Source: Candidatus Saccharimonadales bacterium
GTDB lineage: Bacteria > Patescibacteriota > Saccharimonadia > Saccharimonadales > UBA10212
Direction of reading: 5' to 3'
DNA: 64,000 nucleotides
NCBI GenBank assembly: GCA_035758565.1
Contig: DASTXL010000001.1
Span: 203,242-267,241, forward strand
Shown: piece by piece, positions 17,487 through 26,832 of the stretch
Position numbering within the stretch: the first letter of the stretch is position 1
Layout of the letters: each line of letters opens with the position of its first letter
Notes under the pieces: model-generated
Seen by the model: only the letters and a program-made list of their open reading frames with translations
The model's database searches: none
What the model was told of the DNA's origin: nothing
Made by a program: the position numbers and the translations under genes

Positions 17487-18107
17487 ATGGCACGAGATAC
17501 TCAAAGTATAGTTAAAATGTCTCGCCGTGAAGGCTACGCTCTTCACCCTAAGGCTCACAAAGCCCTGGTTAAGCGCAGCGCCCTACCTGGCCAGCAGAAC
17601 ACCGGCGGCTACAACCGCACTAAGTCTAGTCAGTATTCATTGCAGTTGCGCGAAAAGCAGAAAGTGAAGAGACTTTACGGCCTATTAGAGCGTCAATTCG
17701 CTAAATTAATGACCGAGGCCAGCAAAGCCCGCGGTCAATCCGGCGCAACTTTATTGCAGTACCTAGAGCGGCGCTTAGACAATGTTATTTACCGGGCTGG
17801 TTTAGCGCCAAGCCGCCGCGCCGCGCGCCAAATGGTCACTCATGGCCACTACATGCTCAATGGCCGCCGAGTTGATGTTCCCTCTATCCGTGTTAAGGAA
17901 GGTGATGTAATCGTCGTGCGGGATCACAGCAAAGGCAGTGATTATTTCAAACGCCTGGAAGATACCAGCCCAGCACCGGCCGCTTATCCTGCCTGGTTGA
18001 AGGTTAATCGCAAAAAGCTGGAGGTTACTATTACAGGTATTCCTACCCGTGACGATGCCGAACCAGACATCAAAGAACAGTTAATCGTAGAATATTATTC
18101 ACGCTAA
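17487..18107 (+). CDS. rpsD: 30S ribosomal protein uS4
   Basis: SRREGYAL motif, an S4 domain (RLDNVIYRAGLAPSRRAARQMVTHGH) and operon position. Confidence 0.95.
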   Translation: MARDTQSIVKMSRREGYALHPKAHKALVKRSALPGQQNTGGYNRTKSSQYSLQLREKQKVKRLYGLLERQFAKLMTEASKARGQSGATLLQYLERRLDNVIYRAGLAPSRRAARQMVTHGHYMLNGRRVDVPSIRVKEGDVIVVRDHSKGSDYFKRLEDTSPAPAAYPAWLKVNRKKLEVTITGIPTRDDAEPDIKEQLIVEYYSR

Positions 18108-18128
18108 AAGGAGGCGAGGAGTAAAAGT

Positions 18129-19079
18129 ATGAGCAAATTAATTCACACCCCAGCGCTGGCATCGGTCAACGATCATGGCGCTACCAGTGCGACGTTCGTT
18201 ATCGAACCGTTGCATCCTGGTTACGGTATGACGCTCGGTAATTCTCTGCGCCGCGTTCTGCTATCCAGCATTGCTGGGGCCGCAGTCACGGGCTTTAGAG
18301 TCGAGGGCGTTAGCCACGAATTCACTACTGTAAAAGGCGTTAAAGAAGACGTCGTGGCCATTATGCTAAATCTAAAGGGTTTGCGCTTTAAGGTTTATAG
18401 CGACGAGCCACAAACCATTCGTTTGAGCAAAAAAGGCAAAGGTGCCGTGACCGGCAAAGACCTAGAACTCAATTCTGATATTGAAGTCGTCAACCCAGAG
18501 CAGGTTATTTGTCACATAGACGACGACAAAGCCAGCGTTTCTATGGAGCTTACCGTTGAGACTGGTCGCGGTTATCGTCCAATCGACGAAACCGGCAGCG
18601 GCCGCAAAGTTAGCGATATGATTATGCTAGACGCCTTGTTCACTCCAGTTTTACGTGTTCGTTACAAGGTAGAAAATACTCGTGTTGGCCAGGCCACCGA
18701 CCTTGACCGCTTGCTTTTAACTGTTGACACCGACGGCTCAATCAGCCCACGCGAGGCTTTTGAAGAAGCCGCCGCGCTTTTGGTTAATCAATACACTGCT
18801 TTGGCCGGTCAAACTCGTGTAGAGGCCAGCCCAGCACCTGTTAGCGGTTCTAGCGACAGCGCCACCGCTTTAGAAGACGGTGACGAACCAGCTGAACTCA
18901 TGACCTCTATCGAGGACCTAAACCTTAGCGCTCGTACTACTAACGCTTTGATCAACAATGATATTCACACCATTCGCGACTTGTTGAGCCTGTCAGAAGC
19001 GGAATTACGCGACCTCAAAGGTTTTGGCAACAAAGCCTTAGATGAAGTTAAAGATAAAATAGCCGAATTGGAACTCTAG
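18129..19079 (+). CDS. rpoA: DNA-directed RNA polymerase subunit alpha
   Basis: GYGMTLGNSLRRVLLSSI motif and a C-terminal domain (LNLSARTTNAL), positioned after rpsD. Confidence 0.95.
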   Translation: MSKLIHTPALASVNDHGATSATFVIEPLHPGYGMTLGNSLRRVLLSSIAGAAVTGFRVEGVSHEFTTVKGVKEDVVAIMLNLKGLRFKVYSDEPQTIRLSKKGKGAVTGKDLELNSDIEVVNPEQVICHIDDDKASVSMELTVETGRGYRPIDETGSGRKVSDMIMLDALFTPVLRVRYKVENTRVGQATDLDRLLLTVDTDGSISPREAFEEAAALLVNQYTALAGQTRVEASPAPVSGSSDSATALEDGDEPAELMTSIEDLNLSARTTNALINNDIHTIRDLLSLSEAELRDLKGFGNKALDEVKDKIAELEL

Positions 19080-19091
19080 GAGACTCACTAA

Positions 19092-19589
19092 ATGCACCGC
19101 CACGGATACCAAGGAAGAAAATTCGGCCGCGAACGCGACCAGCGCCGCGCTTTGCTCAAGGGCTTAGCGGAGTCTTTGGTTATTCGTGAGTCGATCGAGA
19201 CTACCTTACCCAAGGCTAAAGAAGTTGTAACTTACACCGAAAAGTTGATTACCAAAGCTAAAAAGGGAGATTTACACTCCCGTCGCCAGGTTATTGCCAG
19301 CCTTTCTACCGTGGAAGCCGCTAACAAGCTGGTTAACGAGTTAGCGCCAAAGCTAGCCGGTCGCAACAGTGGTCACCTGCGCGTAAAACGCACCGGCTTG
19401 CGACGCGGCGACAACGCTCAGATGGCCCGTGTTAGTTTTGTAGATGATTTGTCAAAGAAAGCCGCAAAAGCTGCCGAAGCCAAAAAGGCAGAAGCAAAGC
19501 CTGCAGATGCAAAAGCACCAGCTAAAGCTGCCAAGAAGCCTGCTGCGCCCAAAAAGCCAGCCAGTCGCACCAAGAAAGAGGATAAATAA
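19092..19589 (+). CDS. rplQ: 50S ribosomal protein bL17 with a Lys/Ala-rich C-terminal tail
   Basis: GRKFGRERDQRRALLKGLA motif. The tail reads AKAAEAKKAEAKPADAKAPAKAAKKPAAPKKPA. Confidence 0.9.
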   Translation: MHRHGYQGRKFGRERDQRRALLKGLAESLVIRESIETTLPKAKEVVTYTEKLITKAKKGDLHSRRQVIASLSTVEAANKLVNELAPKLAGRNSGHLRVKRTGLRRGDNAQMARVSFVDDLSKKAAKAAEAKKAEAKPADAKAPAKAAKKPAAPKKPASRTKKEDK

Positions 19590-20020
19590 TGAAGACTTAT
19601 AGTCAAAAACCGGCTGAGGTTACCCGCAAGTGGTACGTTTTGGACGCTTCGCAGGCCAGCATGGGCCGTGTGTCTACTGTGGCTGCATCATTATTGATCG
19701 GCAAAGGGAAACCAACCGTAACTGCCCACGTAGATGGTGGCGACTACGTCATTGTTATCAACGCCGATAAGCTAGTTGTAAGCGGTGGCAAAGAAGAGAA
19801 AAAAGTTTATTACAACCACAGTGGTTTTCCTGGCGGTTTACGTGAGCGCCCGCTCAAAGAAGTTTCCGGCACCGAGGCTTTGTACGCTGCTATTCGCGGC
19901 ATGCTGCCAGTTAATAAACTACGCGATGGCCGCTTGGCTCGTCTTAAGATTTACGCTACCGAAGCACACAATCACAACGCCCAGCAGCCCGACGTTTACG
20001 AATTGAAAGGTAATAAGTAA
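19589..20020 (+). CDS. rplM: 50S ribosomal protein uL13
   Basis: RKWYVLDA and GDYVIVINA motifs. Confidence 0.95.
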   Translation: MKTYSQKPAEVTRKWYVLDASQASMGRVSTVAASLLIGKGKPTVTAHVDGGDYVIVINADKLVVSGGKEEKKVYYNHSGFPGGLRERPLKEVSGTEALYAAIRGMLPVNKLRDGRLARLKIYATEAHNHNAQQPDVYELKGNK

Positions 20021-20418
20021 TGGCAAATAACTACTTTTACGCCCTAGGTCGCCGCAAAAGCGCCACTGCCCGAGTACGCTTGCAGTCTGGCAAAGGCGAA
20101 TTCAGAATCAACGACAAGACCTCCGATGAGTACTTCGCCGGCAGCAAAACCTTTACTACTGAGCTTTTCCGCCCGTTCAACGTACTGGAACTAGATCCTG
20201 AGAAGTACGCTGTCAGCGCCAAGGTTTCCGGCGGCGGCCACGCCAGCCAGGCTGACGCTATCCGCCTCGCTATTTCTAAGGCTTTGGTTGAACTTAACGA
20301 AGATTACCGTGGTACTTTGCGCCGAGCTGAGCTACTGGGCCGCGACCCGCGCGAGAAAGAACGCAAGAAGTTTGGCCTTAAAGGCGCGCGCAAGCAACGC
20401 CAGTTTACTAAGCGCTAA
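20020..20418 (+). CDS. rpsI: 30S ribosomal protein uS9
   Basis: GRRKSATARV motif, GGG..QA, and the C-terminal RKQRQFTKR. Confidence 0.95.
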   Translation: MANNYFYALGRRKSATARVRLQSGKGEFRINDKTSDEYFAGSKTFTTELFRPFNVLELDPEKYAVSAKVSGGGHASQADAIRLAISKALVELNEDYRGTLRRAELLGRDPREKERKKFGLKGARKQRQFTKR

Positions 20419-20440
20419 ACAGCCAAAATTATAAGAAAAG

Positions 20441-20465
20441 GAGCCTTAAAAACAAGGCTCTTTTT
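20441..20465. terminator. Bidirectional terminator between rpsI and the convergent gene
   Basis: GAGCC...GGCTC stem followed by TTTTT. Confidence 0.45.
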
Positions 20466-21425
20466 CTATTTTCGACTCTGAGAACGCGTTCTAGTAACTT
20501 GCGTGGTTGCCAGTAGAAGTTCGTCCAGAGCAGTAATGTAATCATCGACGCTTTTTGTTCCGACAGCCATGCTTTTACGAACGTAAGTTAGGTATTCTTT
20601 ACGTTTGTCTTCTGGAATTTCTGGGTTTTTAAGCTCAGTTAGTGCATAGCTCATCCAGGCTTGAGAATTGCTGTCGATAGTCGTGAACCTGAGCACTCTG
20701 TCGACGCTATTCTCGTCTTGGCCTTCTTGTTCAGTCACGCGCTTGCCATAAATCTCCCGGCCGGTAAGATCTTTGCCGATAGGTTGCATGTCGCTGCCTT
20801 CTGGTTTTTGATCTACGCCAGCAACATAAAAAACATCGTAGCTATCAAAATGAAACACATCAAAAAAATCTCGACCGCTAGACCTCTCTCCAAAGTGCAG
20901 AGTTGGAGTGTAGACAGATTCTCTGCCGGCGTCTCCGCCCCTAAAAATTCCCCATAGCCGCAGCGCACCAAAAGTTTCAATGCCTGTTTCGCCGACACCT
21001 AGCGGAATGAGTAGAGAGTCAGCGTAAACCCGCTCTACCTCTGCTTCGCCTTTGCCGGGGCGGTTTTCACCGTCTTGAATACGGCTGGCCTTATCTACGT
21101 TTCTTGGATCGCCAAACAATTTATCACTGGCTTCAACCGCGAATTGATTCCTATCTAAAACACTTTGCCACCTCTCGTGCAGGGCTTCAATGCTTCTGGC
21201 TCTTTGAGCATTACGCCTTTGTTCGCGACGCAGCTCCGCGGCTTGTTCGCGGACTCGAGCTACATGCTCTTCTTCTAGCTGCATGCCAGCTTTAACCGAT
21301 TCTCTGGTTTCTTCTAGTCGCTGATTAACTCTTTCTGTGCTCATAAATCCCTTTGGTTTCGATTGTATGCCAGAGGAGTAAGAATGCAAGCATAGGCGGC
21401 TTAATAGCTCGGCTATCGTTGACAT
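20466..21425 (-). CDS. Hypothetical protein
   Basis: 319-aa ORF; an alternative start is M28 at 21344. It has a coiled-coil-like N-terminal half. No family recognised. Confidence 0.45.
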   Translation of the reverse strand: MSTIAELLSRLCLHSYSSGIQSKPKGFMSTERVNQRLEETRESVKAGMQLEEEHVARVREQAAELRREQRRNAQRARSIEALHERWQSVLDRNQFAVEASDKLFGDPRNVDKASRIQDGENRPGKGEAEVERVYADSLLIPLGVGETGIETFGALRLWGIFRGGDAGRESVYTPTLHFGERSSGRDFFDVFHFDSYDVFYVAGVDQKPEGSDMQPIGKDLTGREIYGKRVTEQEGQDENSVDRVLRFTTIDSNSQAWMSYALTELKNPEIPEDKRKEYLTYVRKSMAVGTKSVDDYITALDELLLATTQVTRTRSQSRK

Positions 21426-21606
21426 AAGGTTTTTGTTGAGATAAGGTCATTGTTATGAACTTTGTTAAGACCGTCTTGAAGTATTGGTTCACACCCAGAA
21501 AGCTGGCGGTTTCTCCTGTGCGTATTAAAAAGTAAATAACTTAGTAACCACGAGTGAGGCCGCCAAGCTGGCGGCTTTTTAAATTAATTAGAATTGGAGA
21601 AAAACA

Positions 21607-21897
21607 ATGAACCGTCAACACGGGCCAGAGCAAGCTTCTGGCGAACAAATATCGTCCGAAAGATTAAGATTACACGAGCTTGGCCAACTTGCCCTAAGTG
21701 GTCGCGAACAGCGAATTTTAGAAGCAAGACAAACCAGAGCGGCTCGAAACTTTGTGGAACGTTTCCACTTTATGGAGGTCTTCGGCTTTGATCCACACTT
21801 TGGTATTGCAGATAGCGGCGAGGAGGCGCCAGAAAACGACTATAAGCCTCGGCTTAAGACAACCCCGGCCGTAAGGCCGCTTTTAGTCGCACTATAG
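21607..21897 (+). CDS. Hypothetical protein
   Basis: 96-aa ORF following a GGAGAAAAA sequence. Weak call. Confidence 0.3.
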   Translation: MNRQHGPEQASGEQISSERLRLHELGQLALSGREQRILEARQTRAARNFVERFHFMEVFGFDPHFGIADSGEEAPENDYKPRLKTTPAVRPLLVAL

Positions 21898-21929
21898 AAA
21901 ACTAAAAGAATACCGATATAATGAAAGTA

Positions 21930-23006
21930 ATGAAAGAAACAATTTTAACTGGCATTAGGGCCAATAATGATCTTCATATTGGCAATTATTTTGGCGCGCT
22001 ATTGCCTATGATTGATATGGCCAAAAAACACTCTGACGAGTACGAAATCAATTTGTTCGTGCCAGATCTACACAGCTTTACGACGCCGATTGACCATAGC
22101 AAACTGCAAGCCCAAATCTTACATAATCTTAGGCTATTTGTAGCTGCTGGATTACCGCTGGATAATGATTCGATTCATATTTACCGCCAAAGCTATATTC
22201 CAGCGCATTCCGAGCTGACTTGGATACTAGACTGCTTCACCGGCTTCGGTGAAATGCGAAGAATGACCCAGTTTAAAGATAAAGCGCAAAAAGCAACTCT
22301 CGACGTAGCGGAGGCGGATAATCCAGAGCATATTCGCTCCATCGCTCAAGATTTATTTGCATCTGTCTCTGTAGGGCTGTTCAACTATCCCGTCCTGATG
22401 GCGGCGGACATTCTGCTTTATGGCGCTAAATATGTGCCGGTTGGCGACGACCAAACACAACACCTGGAGTTTACGCGCGATATTGCGACCCGAATGAATA
22501 ATCAGTTTGGAGAGCTTTTTGTGGTGCCAGAACCAGTGGCGAAGCAACATGAATTCTTCGGTAAAGACCAGGGCTTGCGTATCAAAGACTTAGTTGATCC
22601 AACTAAAAAGATGAGCAAGTCCGACGAATCCGGCCGCGGAATTATATTCCTTGGCGATAATCCTGACGACGCCGCAAAAAAGATCATGAGCGCCACAACT
22701 GACAGCGAAAGCAGCGTTGGCAATCCGGATATGCAGACTCGCCCGGGTGTTGCCAACCTGGTTCAAATTCTTAAGCTGTTGGATCCAAACATTGGTGATG
22801 TCAGCAACCTAGGATATAAAGATTTTAAAGAGAAAGTCGCGAACTCAGTCAAAGATTTCCTTAATGATTTTCAAGCCAAGCTAGCAAGCGTGGACGAACA
22901 AGCGATAATGCAGAAACTCGAAGCCGACGAGTCAGCTATGACTAAGATTGCTGGCGAAACCTTGCTGAGCGTACAAAGAGCTGTAGGATTAAGACCAAAA
23001 GAATAG
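21930..23006 (+). CDS. trpS: Tryptophan--tRNA ligase
   Basis: GIRANNDLHIGNYFGA (HIGH-type) and KMSKS motifs. The start was placed at the ATG at 21930 because the TATAAT box at 21917-21922 overlaps the upstream ATG at 21921. Confidence 0.85.
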   Translation: MKETILTGIRANNDLHIGNYFGALLPMIDMAKKHSDEYEINLFVPDLHSFTTPIDHSKLQAQILHNLRLFVAAGLPLDNDSIHIYRQSYIPAHSELTWILDCFTGFGEMRRMTQFKDKAQKATLDVAEADNPEHIRSIAQDLFASVSVGLFNYPVLMAADILLYGAKYVPVGDDQTQHLEFTRDIATRMNNQFGELFVVPEPVAKQHEFFGKDQGLRIKDLVDPTKKMSKSDESGRGIIFLGDNPDDAAKKIMSATTDSESSVGNPDMQTRPGVANLVQILKLLDPNIGDVSNLGYKDFKEKVANSVKDFLNDFQAKLASVDEQAIMQKLEADESAMTKIAGETLLSVQRAVGLRPKE

Positions 23007-23870
23007 ATGCAAGAGTTTACAGTTGATCAAGGCAGCGTAGGGGTACGGGCTGATAAGTTCGTGGCGGCCCAGTATCCGCAGTTCACCCGTTCGGCGTTAG
23101 AAGCATTATTCGACCAAAGTCTAGTGAAAGTCAACGATAAGACAGCCAAACCAGCTCATAAGGTTAAAAGCGGCGATAGGGTCATCGTGGATGAAACCTT
23201 GATAAAATTAGATCCACCCAAAATTGATCTGCCGATAATCTATGAAGACGAAAACGTAGTTGTTATCGATAAACCGCCCGGCGTTCTAACGCATTCTAAA
23301 GGCGCCCTAAACTTAGAGGGTACAGTGGCGAGCTTTGTTAGGCCAAAAGTCAAAGAACTTGAAGGAAATAGGGCAGGGATTGTACACCGTCTAGATAGAG
23401 CCACCAGCGGTGTGATTATCACCGCCAAGAACCCGCAGACGCTATCCAAGCTACAAAAACAGTTTTCTAATCGCAAAGCTAAAAAGGTTTATTTGGCACT
23501 CGTAGAAGGCAGTTTAGACCCGCCAGAAGCTATTATTGACGTGCCGATTGCCCGCAATCCAGCTCGTCCGCAGACATTTAAAGTATCAAGCAGTGGCAAG
23601 CCAGCCATTACCCAATATAAAGTTCTAAAGACTTTTGCGGATAAAGATAAAACGTATTCATTAGTGGAGCTCAAGCCCCAAACCGGCCGCACTCATCAGC
23701 TAAGGCTGCATATGGCTTATATCGGCCATCCGATAGCGGGCGACCCAATATACGGCCACAGCAACGATGATCGCCTGATGCTGCACGCTAGTAGTCTGGA
23801 AATAACTTTGCCTACTAGCGAAAGAAAGGTGTTTGAGGCTAAGCTGCCAAAGGAGTTTAGAGATGTTTAA
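23007..23870 (+). CDS. rluD: RluA-family 23S rRNA pseudouridine synthase (RluD-like)
   Basis: N-terminal S4-like domain, plus HRLDRATSGVII and RTHQLR motifs. Confidence 0.8.
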   Translation: MQEFTVDQGSVGVRADKFVAAQYPQFTRSALEALFDQSLVKVNDKTAKPAHKVKSGDRVIVDETLIKLDPPKIDLPIIYEDENVVVIDKPPGVLTHSKGALNLEGTVASFVRPKVKELEGNRAGIVHRLDRATSGVIITAKNPQTLSKLQKQFSNRKAKKVYLALVEGSLDPPEAIIDVPIARNPARPQTFKVSSSGKPAITQYKVLKTFADKDKTYSLVELKPQTGRTHQLRLHMAYIGHPIAGDPIYGHSNDDRLMLHASSLEITLPTSERKVFEAKLPKEFRDV

Positions 23871-24738
23871 CGATCTTTTGCTGCACGAAGCTACTCGTCA
23901 ACAATTGGATGGTTTTATGAAAAGACCGTCACATGCTCTATTGCTTAGCGGTCTGCCCGGTAGCGGCAAATTAACTGTTGCTCGAGCACTAGCCGCGCAG
24001 CTGCTTTCACTTGAACCAGAAGTATTAGAAAATTATCCTCATTTCTTAATAATCAGTCGCTCTGGCGGTAAGCAAGATATAAGTATCGATTCGATTCGGC
24101 AAATTCCTCGTGCTTTATACCTACAAATTCCTGGAAACGCAGCCGTAAAGAGAGTGATTTTGATAGAAGATGCCCAACTCATGAACCCAGAGGCTCAAAA
24201 CGCACTTTTAAAATCGTTAGAAGAACCCGGCGGCGGCACGATCTTTATACTAACTGCCACGGACAAAGCAGAGCTTTTGCCAACCGTCGCCTCTAGAGCA
24301 ACCAGCATTTCTATCAATCCGGTAGGGCAGGAATTAGCCGTTAAATTCTTTAATCAGTTCCCTCAGAACAAAGTTCTATCGGCTTGGGCGCTTAGCCAGG
24401 GCGCCCCTGGACTGCTAGCAACATTACTGGGCGAAGAAGACAGTGAACTTAGATCAGCAGTTGATCAGGCCAAAACTTTCCTTACCATGGACCGCTACGA
24501 GCGGTTAGTAGAACTAGATCGGTTAAGCAAGAACAAAGCAGACCTCTCTAATCTGTTAGAAGGTCTAAAGCGCGTACTCAACGCTTTATATAGAAATGCG
24601 GCCAAAACCAATAACAAAGACAGGCTAAAGAGGTTTTTAGAGGCTACGAAGCTAGTGAGTCAATCTCAGCAAGATTTAAATAACAGCGTTATGCCGCGTT
24701 TAATTATCCTAAAATTAGCCCTGAGCTTACCGGTATAG
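23863..24738 (+). CDS. holB: DNA polymerase III subunit delta-prime
   Basis: The ATG at 23863 overlaps the rluD end. HALLLSGLPGSGKLTVA P-loop-like motif and a clamp-loader fold pattern (LLKSLEEP, SR). Confidence 0.7.
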   Translation: MFNDLLLHEATRQQLDGFMKRPSHALLLSGLPGSGKLTVARALAAQLLSLEPEVLENYPHFLIISRSGGKQDISIDSIRQIPRALYLQIPGNAAVKRVILIEDAQLMNPEAQNALLKSLEEPGGGTIFILTATDKAELLPTVASRATSISINPVGQELAVKFFNQFPQNKVLSAWALSQGAPGLLATLLGEEDSELRSAVDQAKTFLTMDRYERLVELDRLSKNKADLSNLLEGLKRVLNALYRNAAKTNNKDRLKRFLEATKLVSQSQQDLNNSVMPRLIILKLALSLPV

Positions 24739-24759
24739 ATTTGTTATAATTAAGCCGAA

Positions 24760-25413
24760 ATGTATTCACTACTCTTATTAGTTGTACTTTGGTTGGTTGT
24801 TTATCGGCACGGTCACCGCTCCGAACAAGAAATGGTGGTGATTCCGCAGCGAATTGGTAACCGTTTAACCAAACTTTGGGAAATAGCGCATATGGGTATG
24901 CGTGAGAATCGTTTATTACGCGCCGAAAAGGCCCTTTTGACCATTCTTAAAATCGACGAAAAGAACGCCGCCGCTTATAACCGCTTAGGCATTTTGTACG
25001 CTAAACAGCGTGAATACCGAGACGCTATCGACTGTTTTGAAATTGCTAGCTCCATCGAGCCAAGCGCTTCCAGCCTGCACAACCTGGGACTGATCTATTA
25101 CGAAACAGAGAATTATCAAAAGGCCGCTACCGCTTTCGAGCAAGCCCTTAAACTGGAAGATGAGCTGGCTGCCCGCCATATTGCCTATGCCAAAGTTCAG
25201 GAAAAATTAGGCAATGAGAAACTGATGATTCAGGAGCTGGAAAAATCCGCCGAACTTGAGCCAAACCGCGAAACGTATGCCTTGCTCACCAAAGCCTATG
25301 AAGCTCAAGGCATGGAAGACGAAGCCAAAGCCGCCCAAAAGAAACTTGATAAAATGTTGCTGCCGGCAGCAAAGCATAAACGAATCTTACGCCCCAAACG
25401 GGTGGTTATCTAA
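24760..25413 (+). CDS. TPR-repeat protein with an N-terminal TM helix
   Basis: N-terminus MYSLLLLVVLWLVVY. TPR-like AYNRLGILYAKQREYRDAIDCFEIA repeats. TGTTATAAT promoter upstream. Confidence 0.6.
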   Translation: MYSLLLLVVLWLVVYRHGHRSEQEMVVIPQRIGNRLTKLWEIAHMGMRENRLLRAEKALLTILKIDEKNAAAYNRLGILYAKQREYRDAIDCFEIASSIEPSASSLHNLGLIYYETENYQKAATAFEQALKLEDELAARHIAYAKVQEKLGNEKLMIQELEKSAELEPNRETYALLTKAYEAQGMEDEAKAAQKKLDKMLLPAAKHKRILRPKRVVI

Positions 25414-25865
25414 AAACACAACCTTACTACAGACAAATAAACCCAAATTATAACAAAACCAAAAACAAACAGGCTAAATAGAGTTAACGCAAAAGTTGCT
25501 TCAATCCTCACGCGCCTAATTTCAATTTTTGAAGCTAATTTATGAATCGAAAGCAAAAGCGTCGACGCTAATAAGACAATGGTTGCTAAACTAGAGATAA
25601 TCAGATAGGGATAGTACTTGGACGCTCCACAGGTGTCAGAAGATGGGTCGAGGTAGTTGGATAATAAAGTGAGTGCTGTAGCTACCAGCAGGCTGATAAA
25701 GGACGATCGTAGCCTGTGTCTGGCTACTGTCGACCAGGCCGTTTCTACTATCATTGCATAAGTATAGTACGGTTTAGATTTTTTACCGCAATATCTGGCA
25801 TTTTTACCTCTGTTTTGATAAACTAACTTCGAGCTTAACAAATAAGCTCTTTTTCTTGCCGACAT
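25410..25865 (-). CDS. Hypothetical multi-TM membrane protein (start uncertain)
   Basis: Hydrophobic ORF. The annotated ATG lies 8 nt inside tRNA-Thr, so the internal M at 25754 is an alternative start. Confidence 0.35.
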   Translation of the reverse strand: MSARKRAYLLSSKLVYQNRGKNARYCGKKSKPYYTYAMIVETAWSTVARHRLRSSFISLLVATALTLLSNYLDPSSDTCGASKYYPYLIISSLATIVLLASTLLLSIHKLASKIEIRRVRIEATFALTLFSLFVFGFVIIWVYLSVVRLCF

Positions 25866-25933
25866 AGCTCAGTGGCTAGAGCGGCTGTTTTGTAAACAGC
25901 GGGTCGTGGGTTCGAATCCCTCTGTCGGCTCCA
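25858..25933 (+). tRNA. tRNA-Thr (anticodon UGU)
   Basis: Manual cloverleaf: acceptor GCCGACA/TGTCGGC, D arm GCTC...GAGC, anticodon stem GCTGT/ACAGC with loop TTTGTAA, T-loop TTCGAAT, encoded CCA. Confidence 0.85.
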
Positions 25934-26085
25934 TGATTTTGAGCCCGCCTTTTGGCGGTAGCAAAATTATCTAGTCGATACGGATGAGAACCCGGGTGAG
26001 TGAGCGAAAGCGAACAAGGGTTCGTACAGGAATGAGCGTGCAGGAATTTATTCCGAACAAGCGAATTCCGTGCAAGCGTAAGCGC

Positions 26086-26103
26086 ATCCCTCTGTCGGCT
26101 CCA
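26086..26103 (+). repeat. Direct repeat of the tRNA-Thr(UGU) 3' end (18/18 nt)
   Basis: ATCCCTCTGTCGGCTCCA is identical to 25916-25933, and lies 152 nt after the tRNA end. Confidence 0.9.
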
Positions 26104-26197
26104 TTTTTTGAACGTGTTTGCGAGGGCGTTCAAGGTGAGGAAAGTTCAGGTGGGTGTTACATTGCTAACCGCACTATACTCTGCTATAGTGCGGTCT

Positions 26198-26602
26198 ATG
26201 CAGACTAAACAAAAGGGAGATCTAGCCCTAGCATCCGCAATTCAATATTTTGTCAGCCAGGATTACGAGGTCTGTCTGCCGATAGGAGACAAGCGTGACT
26301 ATGACTTAATAATTGAGAAGGGTGGCCAGCTGTCTAGGGTTCAGGTAAAGTACGCTGGCTTATACCTGCGCGGCAATCAATGTAAGGTGGGACTACGCAT
26401 AACTGGCGGAAATCAATCATTTCATTATGCAAAGAAATACATGGACGATGCCTTTGACGAGCTTTTTGTTTATACTGCTAAGGGTGAAATGTTCCTTTTG
26501 CCATGGAGTAAAGTAACCGCAAGAAATGAAATCAGTATCGAACATAAAAAATATGAAGTTTTTCGACTGCGCGGAGGTAGTGAAGCGGTCAAACACGTCT
26601 GA
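26198..26602 (+). CDS. PD-(D/E)XK endonuclease, I-Ssp6803I-like (PDDEXK_5-type) homing-endonuclease candidate
   Basis: Start at MQTKQKGDLALASAIQYF. The DYDLIIEKGGQLSRVQVKY core gives a D...(Q)VK motif. The last 32 nt, including the stop, overlap tRNA-Tyr. Confidence 0.55.
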   Translation: MQTKQKGDLALASAIQYFVSQDYEVCLPIGDKRDYDLIIEKGGQLSRVQVKYAGLYLRGNQCKVGLRITGGNQSFHYAKKYMDDAFDELFVYTAKGEMFLLPWSKVTARNEISIEHKKYEVFRLRGGSEAVKHV

Positions 26603-26656
26603 CTGTAAATCAGATGGCATTCGCCTTCGGGGGTTCGAATCCCTCCCTCCGCACCA
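26571..26656 (+). tRNA. tRNA-Tyr (anticodon GUA), class II with long variable arm
   Basis: Acceptor GCGGAGG/CCTCCGC, anticodon stem TCTGA/TCAGA with loop CTGTAAA, 14-nt variable arm, T-loop TTCGAAT, encoded CCA. Confidence 0.85.
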
Positions 26657-26832
26657 TGAAATATGGCTAGTCATTTGACCGGCCATATTTCATCTTGTAG
26701 AGTGGGCTGAACCACCGGCGACAGCTTTAGCTGGCGCAAAAGGGGTTCGGCGTAGCAAAGGCACGCGCAAAAGCTCAGCTTTGAGCATGTCTGAGGCGGA
26801 GAAGCGACGAGCCGCAAGGCGAGGGAAGCGCT

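Noticed and set aside
16881-17558. 225-aa minus-strand ORF spanning rpsK, repeat copy 7 and the start of rpsD
   Set aside because: It is antisense to two clearly identified ribosomal-protein genes, has no SD and has a low-complexity composition. The shared NLRFFLSRRQNGIHFVGLSFP peptide also seen in 6598-6915(-) is just the reverse translation of the identical repeat copies 3 and 7.
21455-21535. 26-aa mini-ORF (MNFVKTVLKYWFTPRKLAVSPVRIKK) followed by a terminator
   Set aside because: No SD and no recognisable family. At this length it could easily occur by chance, so it is left unannotated.
25876-26208. ORFs 25876-26133 (-) and 25984-26208 (+) in the segment after tRNA-Thr(UGU)
   Set aside because: They overlap the tRNA gene or its duplicated 3' end and have no SD. 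The region is better explained as the non-coding insert between direct repeats.
26417-26686. 89-aa minus-strand ORF across tRNA-Tyr
   Set aside because: It is antisense to both the endonuclease-like CDS and the tRNA.
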